A DNA stretch of 64,000 nucleotides from Paraspadella gotoi (GCA_051294375.1 CM119264.1:2695769-2759768), one strand, 5' to 3'. Shown: positions 51,188-63,289, numbered from the stretch's first letter. Translations and numbers: made by a program. Notes: generated by a model from the letters alone, not told the origin.

Positions 51188-52280
51188 ATGAATTTGTAGA
51201 GGAATGAATTTGCAAAAGAATGAATTTGCACAGGAATAAATTTGCACAGGATGAATTTGCACAGGAATAAATTTGCACGGGAATACTTTTGAAAGGAACA
51301 AATTTGCACAGGATTGAATTTGAACAGGAACAAATTTGCACAGGAATCAATTTGCACAGGAATACATTTGTAAGGAAAGAATTTGCACAGGCATGAATTT
51401 GAAACAGGTACAATTTGACTGGAATGAATTAGACAGAATAAATTTGCACAGAGATGAATTTGAAAGGAAATTAGTTTGCATAAAAGTACATTTGTAACAA
51501 GAAATAATCCTTGTACAGAAATTAATTTGCACAGGAATACCATTGTAACAGAAATAATTTGCACAAGGATTGGAATTTGCACAGTAATGAATTTGCACAG
51601 AAATTTTTTGTACAGAAATAAATTTGAACAAGAATGCCTTTGCACAGGAATACTTTTGGCTCTGGAAACTTTTAGCAAAGGATAACTTTACAACAGAATG
51701 AATTTGCACAGGATTGAATTTGCCAAGGAATGAATTTGCACAAGAAGTATTTACACAGGAATAAATTTTCACAGGATTGAAATTTGCACAGGAATGAATT
51801 GTAGAGGAATGAATTTGCACAGGAATGAATTTGCATAGGAATGAATTTGCACAGGAATAATTTACACAGGAATACAATTGCACAGGAATGAATTTGATAG
51901 GAATGAATTTTCACAGGAATAAATTTGCACAGAATACATTTGCACAAAATTTATTCCTGTGCAAATTCATCTGTTAAATTTATTCCTGTGCAAATTTTTT
52001 TCTGCAAATTCATTCCTGTGCCAAATCTCAATCCTGCTGCATTTATTCCTGTGCAAATTCAATCTGGTTCAAATTCATTTCTGTGCAAATTCCTTCTTGT
52101 GAAATTCAATCCTGTGCAAATTCCATTCCTGTGCAAATTCAATCCTGTGAAAATTTATTCCTGTGCAAATTCATTCCGTGAAAATTCCAATCCCTGTGCA
52201 AATTATTCCTTGCTAATTCATTCCTGTGCAAATTCATTCCTGTGCAAATTCTTCCTTTCAAATGTATTACTGCGCAATTT
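51188..52280. repeat. Second block of the 16-bp satellite (reverse then forward orientation)
   Basis: Same monomer, with a switch at ~51943. 51465-51945 is collinear with 46030-46505 and 48450-48928. Confidence 0.95.
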
Positions 52281-52284
52281 TTAT

Positions 52285-52550
52285 AGCTAAGTATAGGTTA
52301 ATTTTTTAGTTGAAAATTAAGTAGGAGGTTAGGGTTAAGTGTGAGGTTAGGGATCATATCGGTAATCAAGGTTACGAATTATGTAGGGTTAGGTTAAAGG
52401 TTAGGAACTAGGGTTTAAGGGTTAGGGTCCAGAATTAACATTAGGATAAAGGCTTAGGGTTAAGGTCCAGAATTGGTAAGGATTTTTGGAGATTAGTTTT
52501 AGGATTAGGGTTATGGATCAAGTTATAAGTTTAAAAATATGTTAAGGTTA
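52285..52550 (+). repeat. Degenerate TTAGGG/GGTTAG-rich tract
   Basis: ggttagggttaag, tagggttaggtt, aagggttagggtcc, cttagggttaagg and gattagggttatgg occur dispersed, not as a perfect array. Confidence 0.7.
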
Positions 52551-52639
52551 AATATTTGAAAAATCTGCCAATTTTATATTAAGTTAAATAACTGAAAACA
52601 TTTTAATACTCTAATAATCTCAAGGTTTAAAGTAGTTAT

Positions 52640-54160
52640 TATGTTGGTAACTTGGTACGAGCCTTCCTTTGATTTCTGAAAGATTTGGTTCTAACCTGTA
52701 ATTTTTTTTTTAATGCTAAAGGCTAAACGTTCGATTACCCGCGGGTAGTATTTTTTTTAAAATTTAAAGATATTATTAAAAAGTAGGTCGCAATAGTTAT
52801 TAAACCACTAATTGTGTACTTAAAATAAAGAGAAATTAAAAATAAAAAAGAATTATAAATTTCTTGGATAGTCTTTTAAACCCAAGCGTATTCAGTAAAG
52901 GGTTTAGGTTATAGAATTTGAAAATATGTTAGGTCATAATAACGTTGTATTCTGGTACTTGGGTAAAAGGCCTTCTTTTAATTATGAAGGTTGCTGGTTC
53001 TAACCCTGTGAACGTTTTTATTTTTATAATGCCAAACAGCTGACGTTTCGATCATGGTAGTATTTTTTAAAAAAATTCAAACAAAAAAAATATATAAATA
53101 ATAATATTGATATTATTAAGAAGTAGGGTGCCAATAGATACTAAACATAATAAATTGTATACCAGAAATAAAAATTATGATAGTATTAGGATTCCTCCTT
53201 ACGCTTTTTAATAAAATCTTCATTCAAATTATAAAACTTTAAAAAAACTAAAAAAACCCAAATAGTATCACTTTTATATAGTGTTTGTATTTGTTTGAAT
53301 GCTGACGTTTTTGTCTTTCAGAATATATAGTCAAAAATAGGGCGCCAAAAATATTCTAAAAACTATTAAAATAGTTCTCTTTTCTAACAAACTAAAAAAC
53401 TTTCAAATGGATGAATCAAATTGTACATTTTACTAGCCAATAAAAACTATCTTTTGTTGGTAACTTGGTAACAAAGCCTTCTTTTGAATTGAAAACATGA
53501 AGGGAGCTGGTTCAAACCCTGTGACCGTTCTCATTTTTTTTTATGCCAAAAGCTTGACGTTCGATTCCCGTCAAATATATTTTTAAAATTTAAGCAGAAA
53601 AAAAATATATATAAATAATAAAATGATAATATTATTAAGAAGTAGGGGGCCAATAATTACTAACCTAATCAATTGTATACCAGAAATAGAAATTATGGTA
53701 GCATTATGATATCTCCTTTTACACCTTTTAATAAAATCATCATTCAAAATATAAACTTAAAAAACTAATAATCCCAAATGGTATCACTTTTATATAGTGT
53801 TTGTACTCATTTGATGCTGGGACGTTTTGGTCTTTCAGAATATATTGTCAAAAATAAGGCGCCAAAAAATATTCTACACACTATTAAAATGTTTCTTTTT
53901 CATACAAACTCAAAAACTAAATGGAAATCATCATTCAAAAATATAAAACTTTAAAAAAAACTAAAAATCCCAAATGATATCACTTTTATATAGTGTTTGT
54001 ATTCATTTGATGCGGACGTTTTGGTCTTTCAGAATATATTGTCAAAAATAGGGCGCCAAAAATATTCTAAAAACTATTAAAATAGTTTCTCTTCTCATAC
54101 AAACTCAAAACTTTAAATGGATGGATCAAATTGTACTTTTTTTCTAACCAATAAAACTAT
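52640..54160 (+). repeat. AT-rich complex tandem repeat (~300-700-bp units) with tRNA-like heads
   Basis: Heads tggtaacttggta...gccttc...gaagg...ggttc(t/a)aaccctg at ~52643, ~52951 and ~53456. The ~200-bp module gtatcacttttatatagtgtttgta...ggcgccaaaaatattct recurs at ~53265, ~53781 and ~53977. Confidence 0.85.
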
Positions 54161-54961
54161 CGGTCACTCAGTATCAAAATTTCGACCAATTAGGAAAGGT
54201 CTCGTCACACTCTGTCGCAGCAACGGTCACAGAATGTCGCATCAAAAGTGACATGTCGCAAGCGTGTCACAGTCGGTCACATCAGAAGGAAAGATTTGCT
54301 GGTGGTGACCGTCACGAATGGAAGGAAGAATATTGTGTGACATGTCACTCACGTCACACTTTCCAGCCAATCAGAGTCGCGCATCATAAGGAAGAAATAA
54401 TATTCATTCCTTTCTTTCTTCTTTCTTTCTTTCTTCTTTCTTCTTTCTTGATTTCGTTCTTTCTTTCTTTCTTTCTAATTTGTTTCCTTTTTTTGTTCTT
54501 TCTTTTTCACAGACTCACACTTATTCACTCAGCTTTTCACTAAATCACATCCCGACCCCAAATTTTTCCTAGAAGAAAATTATCAGAAATGGTCTCACAT
54601 CTGGCATCGACGTGCCAAGCAGTCGACAAGCAATTGAGAAAGTCAAGCACTTCATATATAATTCACTTAATAAATCAGAACGCGAGACTTGTTGCGAGAA
54701 ATCTTCCGACTAACGACCAGCCAATCAGGAGTAAATCTCTTAACCAATCAGAATCTTTTATTGTTCTTTCCCTCGAAATAACATTCTTTCCTCATCTGCC
54801 TGACTTTTTATGTTTATGACCCGTGATTTGGATGCTATCCCTTCACTGACCGGTCTCCAACCACTCCCAACACTCACCAATTCACTCAACCTAGCACCGC
54901 TTTGCTTATTACCACCTGAACCATCCCTATTTCTCTTCTCTCTCCTCTCTCTCTCCTCTCT

Positions 54962-54997
<36 letters not shown>

Positions 54998-55018
54998 CTC
55001 TCTCCCTCTTTCCCTCAG

Positions 55019-55997
55019 ACAAAAGAAAAAACCCCGCTGCTCCGACTGCAACGCCTCCAATTCCTCCGCTCGATCTACTCGCGCCAACTCCGAAATCAAT
55101 CGACTCTAGCCGGAGCAAGCTCCTCCGCCGCCGGTGCAGCGACGACTCTGCCGACGCAGCGTACATCCGCCCGCCCGACGCGACTGTCGACGGCGACGCC
55201 CACCGACAACGAGGCGTCGGAATCGGACGTCGGTTCCATCAACCTTCCGGTCGCCCGGACGAAGACTTCGGCGACGACTGACGAAGACCGACGACGAAGA
55301 CGACGACGTGAATAACATCTACGAGAATCTTCCCGTCTGTCCGTCCACCAGACAGACTTATTCACAGACGACCAACTTTAACGTCATTCCCCCTCAGGAT
55401 CTCACGGAGACGCAGGCGCCGCCGCTGCCGCCCAGCGTCGCATCACCACGCCGCCCCGCCGCCGCCGCGAACCGGTCAAGGACGCCGCCGCAGCCGGTCA
55501 ACAAATCGATTTTTAACAATTACTCTCGACGAGAGGGCGGAGCGGCGGCGTCGGCGGCGAACCTCGGCGCCTTTTCAATAGCGAGACCTAGTCGAGCCGA
55601 CAAGCCGACGCCGCCGCCCAAAGCCAAAAGCCGCGACGCCGCATACCGGCGTCGTATTGGCCGCGCCACCGAGACCCGACTCATCCGCCGCGTCTACCTC
55701 CTCACCATCAATCCACCGCCGGGCGGGCGCGGGGCCGTGACCCCGACGGCCCTTCCGACGGCCGGGCTGCAAATGGCCTCACCTTTCGAACTCACTTCAA
55801 CAATCGCCCGGTCCTTCTTCCTCCCTCTACATTTCGACCGAGGGAATTCGATTTCTCTGCCATCTTGAACGACGTCAGGGAGGAGGCGGCGCTGCCGGCG
55901 GCGCGGCGGGCGGCGCCGCTGCCGACCCGGCGTCGAATTCCACGCTGCGACAAATGACGCCGGCGAGAAGGATTCCGCGCGCGTCGCCGATCCACAG
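55019..55997 (+). CDS. Frameshifted duplicate of the 44367 exon, extending to a probable splice donor
   Basis: 54490-55880 is collinear with 43842-45228 but carries extra indels. Same acceptor CCTCAG at 55018; CCACAG|GTGGGG at 55997/55998, after which composition turns AT-rich. Confidence 0.55.
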
Positions 55998-56679
55998 GTG
56001 GGGCGGATTGGGGGGATTTGGGGGGGGTAGTTATAGAACTTTGGTTAAGAGTTAACTCTTTTTTTTACTTAAGAATAGAATATTTATATTTACATTTTTT
56101 ATTATTGTGAACTAGAGGTAGTAATATATACCCCGGCAATCGGTACTAACTATGGCGCTGGTGGTAGCTCGAGCTCTTACCCAACGCAATGGACTCCGGT
56201 GGCATCGTCGTTCAAATTAGATCTTTTTAATAATAGATTTATATTTAATTAACATAGCTGCATTCATTATGATTGACTCCCAAAGGCCATGAATAGAGTT
56301 TAAACTGAATTCTCGATCAGAAAATTATATTTAATTTAATATTGATTATCGTTTAATAATTCGATTAACATCTTTAGTCTACACAATGTTTGAAAGAGGA
56401 GCGCTGGCTAAAATATGTAAACATAATTGTAATGACAATGGAACAACAGTGAAATCTAAATATCAGGCTAATTATCCTTTGCTTTCCCCTTGCAATTTTC
56501 AGTCCATCACAATCTCCCTGTATCAACAACTGAATCCAGATTTTTTCTTCACAAATTCTTTCATCTTCCGGAAGTCGATTGAGTTTTTTCTCTGACGACC
56601 GGAGTCGTTATCTTCGTCGTCGTCGTTCTTGTAGTCGTCGTCGTCGTTATCGTCGTCGTTGTCGTCGTCGTTATCATCA

Positions 56680-56710
<31 letters not shown>

Positions 56711-59252
56711 ACAATGATGGAGTCCCGTGTTGATATCGAACGGAATTTCTTTTCGGGCGAAGAATTGAATTCCATCGCAATTTCTCGATGAGGATCGTAA
56801 TCATCACCATCATCATCATCATCGACCTCATCATAATCATCATCATCATCATGTTAACAATTTTGAAGGCGTTTTAGCGCCATTGTCAGAGTACAATTAT
56901 TACAGTTAAAAGTAATTAACTATCCAAAAATTAAACTCAGCTACGACCACCTTGGGGGCATGGAAAACCCTCAAGCCTGGTTCCAAGCCTAGGGAGCAGA
57001 GACCCGTTCCATTGCTGCTTGAGGGGGTTATAGAAGTTACGGACAGTCATCTTCAGCCCACATATATGTGAACGATATGCCAAATAATAATTACAGAATA
57101 AAGATAATCAGGTCCTAAAAACATTCTAATTTTACATGAAAGGATTTTTAGCAATGATTGAAAAAACACCAACTTGCCATCCTTCAAGTTCTAATTTTTT
57201 TTATCTCTGCAACATGCAAATTAGATTGAAGCGACTTTATGTAGTCTCAATTGACCTTTCAATGACAAAAGATTTAAAGAACGAGAGAGAGAGAGAGAGC
57301 TATGTATAACAACATAGAATGACAGATCGTGCAATAGTCGAAGTCAATGGGGAAAACGTTATTGCTATCTCGGGCTGACGACGGTCGTCGTTCCGCAAGT
57401 TCCACGGTGTTGATGTCGTGTAACGAGGAAAAGAGACGCATCGAAACTCAAATATGCAAATGAGGTGAAACGGGGCCCCTACGTCTTGGAATCGCATCAA
57501 AAAGTCGATGCGACGTGATTCCGTTTGGATGGAAAGATGGAAATGGAAAGACGAAAGGGAAAAAAGGAAAAGAAAAGGAGGAAAGGAGGAAAGAAAAACA
57601 AAGAAAATGGCGAAATAAGATTTTTTGATATTTTAATTTTTTTAAAACTGATTCAAGCTCTGTTAATTTTTAGTTCGTTATTTCACCAATTTGTGATTCC
57701 TTTCTTAAATGTAAAAAAAACGAAAGAGAATCAAACCAAAATTTCGATTAAAAAAACATCATAAGGATATAAATATAAAATATAAAATGTTTAGAAGCTA
57801 AGAAGTTTAGATGCGAGCTAGCTTTACGAATTAAAAAAAAATGCTAGAATATCGTGTTTTGAGCCAGGAAGGCATAAAGTGAGAAAAGGTTCAGTTTCCA
57901 TTGGAAGAAGAAATAAACTGTCTTCATGGCAACGTCGTTGAGGGCGAAAGAACTGAGGAGACATCGAAACGACCTCTAGCGATGGAAAAAGTCGAACAGG
58001 AAAAAGAGATAAGAAATTTGAGTTACGATTCCTCGTTTCTCGTTTTAATTTTCCAGGAGGAAAAAGTCGCGACTTGTTGAAAAAAAAGTTTGATGCTCTT
58101 TTATTACAGTCGAATATTATATTGATTATGACGGCTAATAGCTAATTATTTAAAATTTAACAGTTAACAAGTAAGTTAATAACATACTTAATTAGATAGA
58201 GTTATAAAACTGAAAAGACAGACCGACCGAAAACGGGCTTATTTAGTCACTGTCATGAAAGAAATTCGGCCCTATTTTCAAAAAGCTCCTCATTTCAGCT
58301 TAAATTCAAAAAATAATTTTGGTTTTAAGTGGGTTTTAATTGGGTTAGGATTTACGGACCGGGAGTAGCTTATGGATTAGAATGGATCGCTATCGGAAAA
58401 GAGCGCCATCCTTTGGTGAAAGGTCGACCCATAAACTTCGCTTCTCATATCTCCCTCGCAAGGGAGAAGGACGCAGCCTCGAACCCGGGACCGACGATCC
58501 GCAAATGACAAATGGCGGTTGGTTTTGTCCCACGAGGAGACGGAAGCAACGAAAGAAGGTCGAAACACAATTAAAATTCGTCGGCGCGAATCTGACGTGG
58601 GAATCGGGGNNNNNNNNNNNNNNNNNNNNNNNNNNNNNNNNNNNNNNNNNNNNNNNNNNNNNNNNNNNNNNNNNNNNNNNNNNNNNNNNNNNNNNNNNNN
58701 NNNNNNNNNNNNNNNNNNNNNNNNNNNNNNNNNNNNNNNNNNNNNNNNNNNNNNNNNNNNNNNNNNNNNNNNNNNNNNNNNNNNNNNNNNNNNNNNNNNN
58801 NNNNNNNNNNNNNNNTACCAAATAATTAGATAAATTATAAAACCAGACACCAGTTTTTATCTTTATATACATGTATAATTGTATATATATATATGTACAG
58901 AAAAAGTGACAAAACTTGAAAACAGGTCGATATATGATCTCCTACGTTATCTTGATTTTCTTCAACTTCTTAACTTCTCTGCCCGCCCTCCTGCCCCTCC
59001 CTCTGTCTGCTTTGCCCGCATTCGAGGTTTATTGTCGGGCGAGGAAGTAAACAATCTTTCTCTTTTCCCTCCTTCATCCTCTACGCCCCCCCAACTCCCC
59101 CTCTCCCCTCCGCAGATTACAAATTTCGGTTGAGGCGAAAAACTGGAAAGGTTTTTTGTCGCTGATTTTGTTGTGATCGCAAATAGGGTTAGAGGAAAGA
59201 AAAAGAGGGAAAGAAAGAAAAAAAGATAGAAAGAAAGATAAAAAAGAAAGAT

Positions 59253-59312
<60 letters not shown>

Positions 59313-60591
59313 TAAAAGAGTAAAGAAAGTAAATCAGAAAAGAAGAAGGAATAGAAAAGGGAATATAAAATAAATAACCAGGGAACCAGTCAACCAACTT
59401 TTCACACACCTTTAGGAGAAACGCAATATGATTTTGTCTGCATACTACTTATTCTATACTTTCTTTTCCTCTTTTCTCAACTCCATATTCAACTTATTGC
59501 TCATNNNNNNNNNNNNNNNNNNNNNNNNNNNNNNNNNNNNNNNNNNNNNNNNNNNNNNNNNNNNNNNNNNNNNNNNNNNNNNNNNNNNNNNNNNNNNNNN
59601 NNNNNNNNNNNNNNNNNNNNNNNNNNNNNNNNNNNNNNNNNNNNNNNNNNNNNNNNNNNNNNNNNNNNNNNNNNNNNNNNNNNNNNNNNNNNNNNNNNNN
59701 NNNNNNNNNNNNNNNNNNNNNNNNNNNNNNNNNNNNNNNNNNNNNNNNNNNNNNNNNNNNNNNNNNNNNNNNNNNNNNNNNNNNNNNNNNNNNNNNNNNN
59801 NNNNNNNNNNNNNNNNNNNNNNNNNNNNNNNNNNNNNNNNNNNNNNNNNNNNNNNNNNNNNNNNNNNNNNNNNNNNNNNNNNNNNNNNNNNNNNNNNNNN
59901 NNNNNNNNNNNNNNNNNNNNNNNNNNNNNNNNNNNNNNNNNNNNNNNNNNNNNNNNNNNNNNNNNNNNNNNNNNNNNNNNNNNNNNNNNNNNNNNNNNNN
60001 NNNNNNNNNNNNNNNNNNNNNNNNNNNNNNNNNNNNNNNNNNNNNNNNNNNNNNNNNNNNNNNNNNNNNNNNNNNNNNNNNNNNNNNNNNNNNNNNNNNN
60101 NNNNNNNNNNNNNNNNNNNNNNNNNNNNNNNNNNNNNNNNNNNNNNNNNNNNNNNNNNNNNNNNNNNNNNNNNNNNNNNNNNNNNNNNNNNNNNNNNNNN
60201 NNNNNNNNNNNNNNNNNNNNNNNNNNNNNNNNNNNNNNNNNNNNNNNNNNNNNNNNNNNNNNNNNNNNNNNNNNNNNNNNNNNNNNNNNNNNNNNNNNNN
60301 NNNNNNNNNGGAGAGTTATCGTCTGCTTAATCTCGTTCGCGATGATAATTGAAACGGATTCTTTCTTTTTCTCTTGAGGGAAAAGAAACTAGAGTAACGG
60401 AATTTGGGGTTTTTTTTTAGTTGGAAGGAAATAAAGAAAGAAGGAAAGAAAAATGGGAAGAAAGAAAGAAACTAAGAAAGAAAGAAATAAAGATGGAAAG
60501 AAAGAAACTAAGAAAGAAGAAAAAAAGAAAGAAATAATGAAAGAAAGAAAGAAAGAACGAAACAATGAAAGGAGAAAGAAAGAAAGAAACT

Positions 60592-60631
<40 letters not shown>

Positions 60632-60805
60632 ATGAAAGAGAGAAAGAAAGAAGGAAATATCGGCTGATCGCCGCTTTTGTCAATCTCGCTCTTCGACCCA
60701 TGGCGCCATCTTCGCTTGGTTCTTCCGTTGAATTCATTTACATTTTACATTAAATTTTATTGAAGTTCATTTGAACTAAAAAATTGGATGAACCCCGGAT
60801 GTCGA

Positions 60806-62092
60806 AAGTCGTCGGGAAGTAGGAATCGACTACGACAGATCGCAGTGTGCCAGATTATGCCTAAACTGTTTCCATCAAGACCTGAACTAGTTATAAGTAC
60901 CAAAAAAAATTCGATTCACGCAAAACTGAGCTTATAAGAGAACTCCATTGCTTGAAAGCCAAAGCTTGCAGATGTAACTCGATTGTCTGAAAATCCTAAG
61001 AGATCTTTGGTGACGTTGAAATGGAATAAGAAGGTGAAAAGCTAGACTCGAGTTCGGAGACAACAATTTCCATTTTTGGAGGAAAAGAAATGAGGGTCAT
61101 CCTAATAAAAGCCCACGTTAGGCAAATGAAAAAATCTAAGAAAGAAAGAAAGAAAGAAAAAAAGAAAGAAAGAAAGAAAAACAGAAATAAAAAAAGAAAT
61201 AAAGAAAAAAAGAAAGAAAGAAAAAAAAAAGAAGCGAGCAAAGAAGCAAGCAATCATGCGCCCTTCATAGCTTTGCGCTTTGGGTGAAACGCTCTCAAAC
61301 CCGGAATACGTCCAGAGCTAAATCGTTTGCCTTCGGCCGTTACAGCTTCGACTATTTACAAAACGCGAGTCTCTCTCTCTCTCTCTCTCTNNNNNNNNNN
61401 NNNNNNNNNNNNNNNAAGTCACCCGTCGGAAGTAGATCGGACTACGAAAACAAGCGGATCCGCAGTTGTTTGCCAGATTTATGCCTAAACTTGTTTCCAT
61501 TCGAAGACCTGAACTAGTTATTAAAGTTACCAAAAAATTCGATTCACGCAAAAACTGAGCTTATAAGAGAACTCATGCTTGAAGCCAAAGCTTTGCCAGA
61601 TGTAACCTACGATTCGTCTGAAAATTCCTAAGAGATCTTTGGTTGACGTTGAAAATGGAAAAAGAAATAAAAAATAAGAAGAGTGGTTTGAAAAAGCTTA
61701 GGACTCGAGTTCTGGAGACAACAATTTCCATTTTTTGGAGGGAAAAGAAATGAGGTGACGGGTCTTCATCCTTAATAATAAGCCCACGGTTAGGCAAATG
61801 AATAAACTAAGAAAGAAAAAAAGAAAGAAAAAGATAAGAAAAAAAAGAAAGAAAGAAAGAAAAGAAAGGAATAAAACAGAAATAAAAAAAAAGAAATAAA
61901 GAAAAGAAAAAAGAAAGAAAGCGAGCAAAAGAAGGAAGCAATCATGCGCCCATTATTTAGCTTTGCGCTTGGCCTGTTCTGAAACCCTCTCCAAACCCGG
62001 AATATCGTTTCCAGAGCTAAATAATCGTTTTGCCTTCGGCCGTTACAGCCTTCGACTATTTACCAAAACGGCGAGTCTCTCTCTCTCTCTCG

Positions 62093-62147
<55 letters not shown>

Positions 62148-62150
62148 CCT
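60806..62150 (+). repeat. Tandem duplication 60806-61390 / 61416-62150 across a 25-N gap
   Basis: Shared gacctgaactagttat...ttcgattcacgcaaaactgagcttataagagaactc and ttgccttcggccgttacagc. The second copy is insertion-rich. Confidence 0.92.
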
Positions 62151-62855
62151 CTCTCCCCCTCTCTTCTCGTTTAGAAATATTCGTGTGTGTAGGACTGATG
62201 TTGGACTGATGTTAAGCCCAAGGCTAACATTGGGCCAAGCCGACTGCAATAAAGGAAACGGGTTTTCAATCGTTTTAAGAAAGGACAATGTGGAAAAAAA
62301 AGCGGGAGCCCCAACTGCAATGGCTGCAATGGCTACAATGGCTGCAATGACTCATTGCTGATGGCCATCCCATTCTTAGATGACTTATTCTTTTGGATTC
62401 CTGATTGTAGTTGATGTTTCGCCTCGTTATTCATTAAATTGATGAGAAGAATCAACTGAAAACAGATCTTTGGCCTAACCTCGCGTTCGGTAGAACTCTA
62501 GCAACCAGTCAGTCAATCAGTCAGTCAATCAGGGACAATGACCACTGCGACGGGTACGACCGCCACGAAGCGATTGACAATAACCACAACGACGAACCAC
62601 AACGACGAACCACAACGACGAACGAGGTCAGGACTACAATGACGACATCGATTCTGCCACCGCCGCCTCCGCTGCAGCCGCCGCCGCTGCAGCCGCCTCC
62701 ACCGCTCCATCTTTTGTCGAATTCCAGCCGTCGGCACCCAATTCCCGACGCCGCCTCGTTCCTCTCCCGGCTCCTTGGCGCCGAGGGTCGAGCGTGAGGG
62801 CGCCGTTTTCTCCGCTTCCGGTTCGGATCACCGTGGCGTCGTTTTGGTCGTCGGA

Positions 62856-63165
62856 CCCGGCGTCGCCTGAGAGGCCCGGCATCGCTTTAGAAGCCCGGCG
62901 TCGCCTGATAGGCCCGGTATTACAGAGAGGCCCGGCGTCACCTGATAGGCCCAGAGTGGCCTGATAGGTGTTGCTGAGAGGCCCGGCGTCGGCTGAGAGG
63001 TCTGGTGTCGTTAGGAGACCCGGCGTCGCTTAGGAGCCCAGGGGTCGCCTAGAGGCCCGGCGCTCGCCTGTGAGGCCCCGGCCCTCCCCTGTGTGGCTCG
63101 GGCGTCGCCTTTAGAGGCCCGGCGTCGCTTAAGAGGCCCGGCGTCGCCGTGTGTGGCCCGGCCGT
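62856..63165 (+). repeat. 19-bp GC-rich minisatellite (CCCGGCGTCGCCTGAGAGG)
   Basis: Repeated ggcccggcgtcgcctgaga / ggcccggcgtcgcttagaa units. Confidence 0.88.
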
Positions 63166-63289
63166 CGTTTCTCAGGTGTTTTTTTTTTTCCGGGAAAAGG
63201 AAGAGTTGAGTGCCTTCCTTTTTTTCTTCTGCTCTGTCATCTTGTTTGAGCCCGTAAAAAATAAAGAAAAAAGAAGGAGAAGGAAAGAA

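Larger units (their letters stand above)
1149..61415. other. Six gaps of exactly 25 N (1149-1173, 12580-12604, 18828-18852, 25772-25796, 45229-45253, 61391-61415)
   Basis: Counted from the sequence. Five of the six coincide with a duplication boundary or a compositional jump. Confidence 0.9.

Noticed and set aside
45254-52280. CRISPR-like array
   Set aside because: Monomers are contiguous with no regular unique spacers, there are no cas genes, and the context is eukaryotic.
45286-52290. Many Cys-rich ORFs (CKFIPVQIHSCANSFL…)
   Set aside because: These are translations of the stop-free 16-bp satellite. They appear in all frames and on both strands.
52951-53012. Suppressor tRNA with a TTA anticodon
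   Set aside because: The loop ttttaattat is too long and differs in the other two copies, and there is no acceptor stem.
54490-55997. Duplicated pseudogene of the 44367 exon
   Set aside because: Differences are nearly all single-base indels typical of raw long reads, so an assembly duplicate is more likely.
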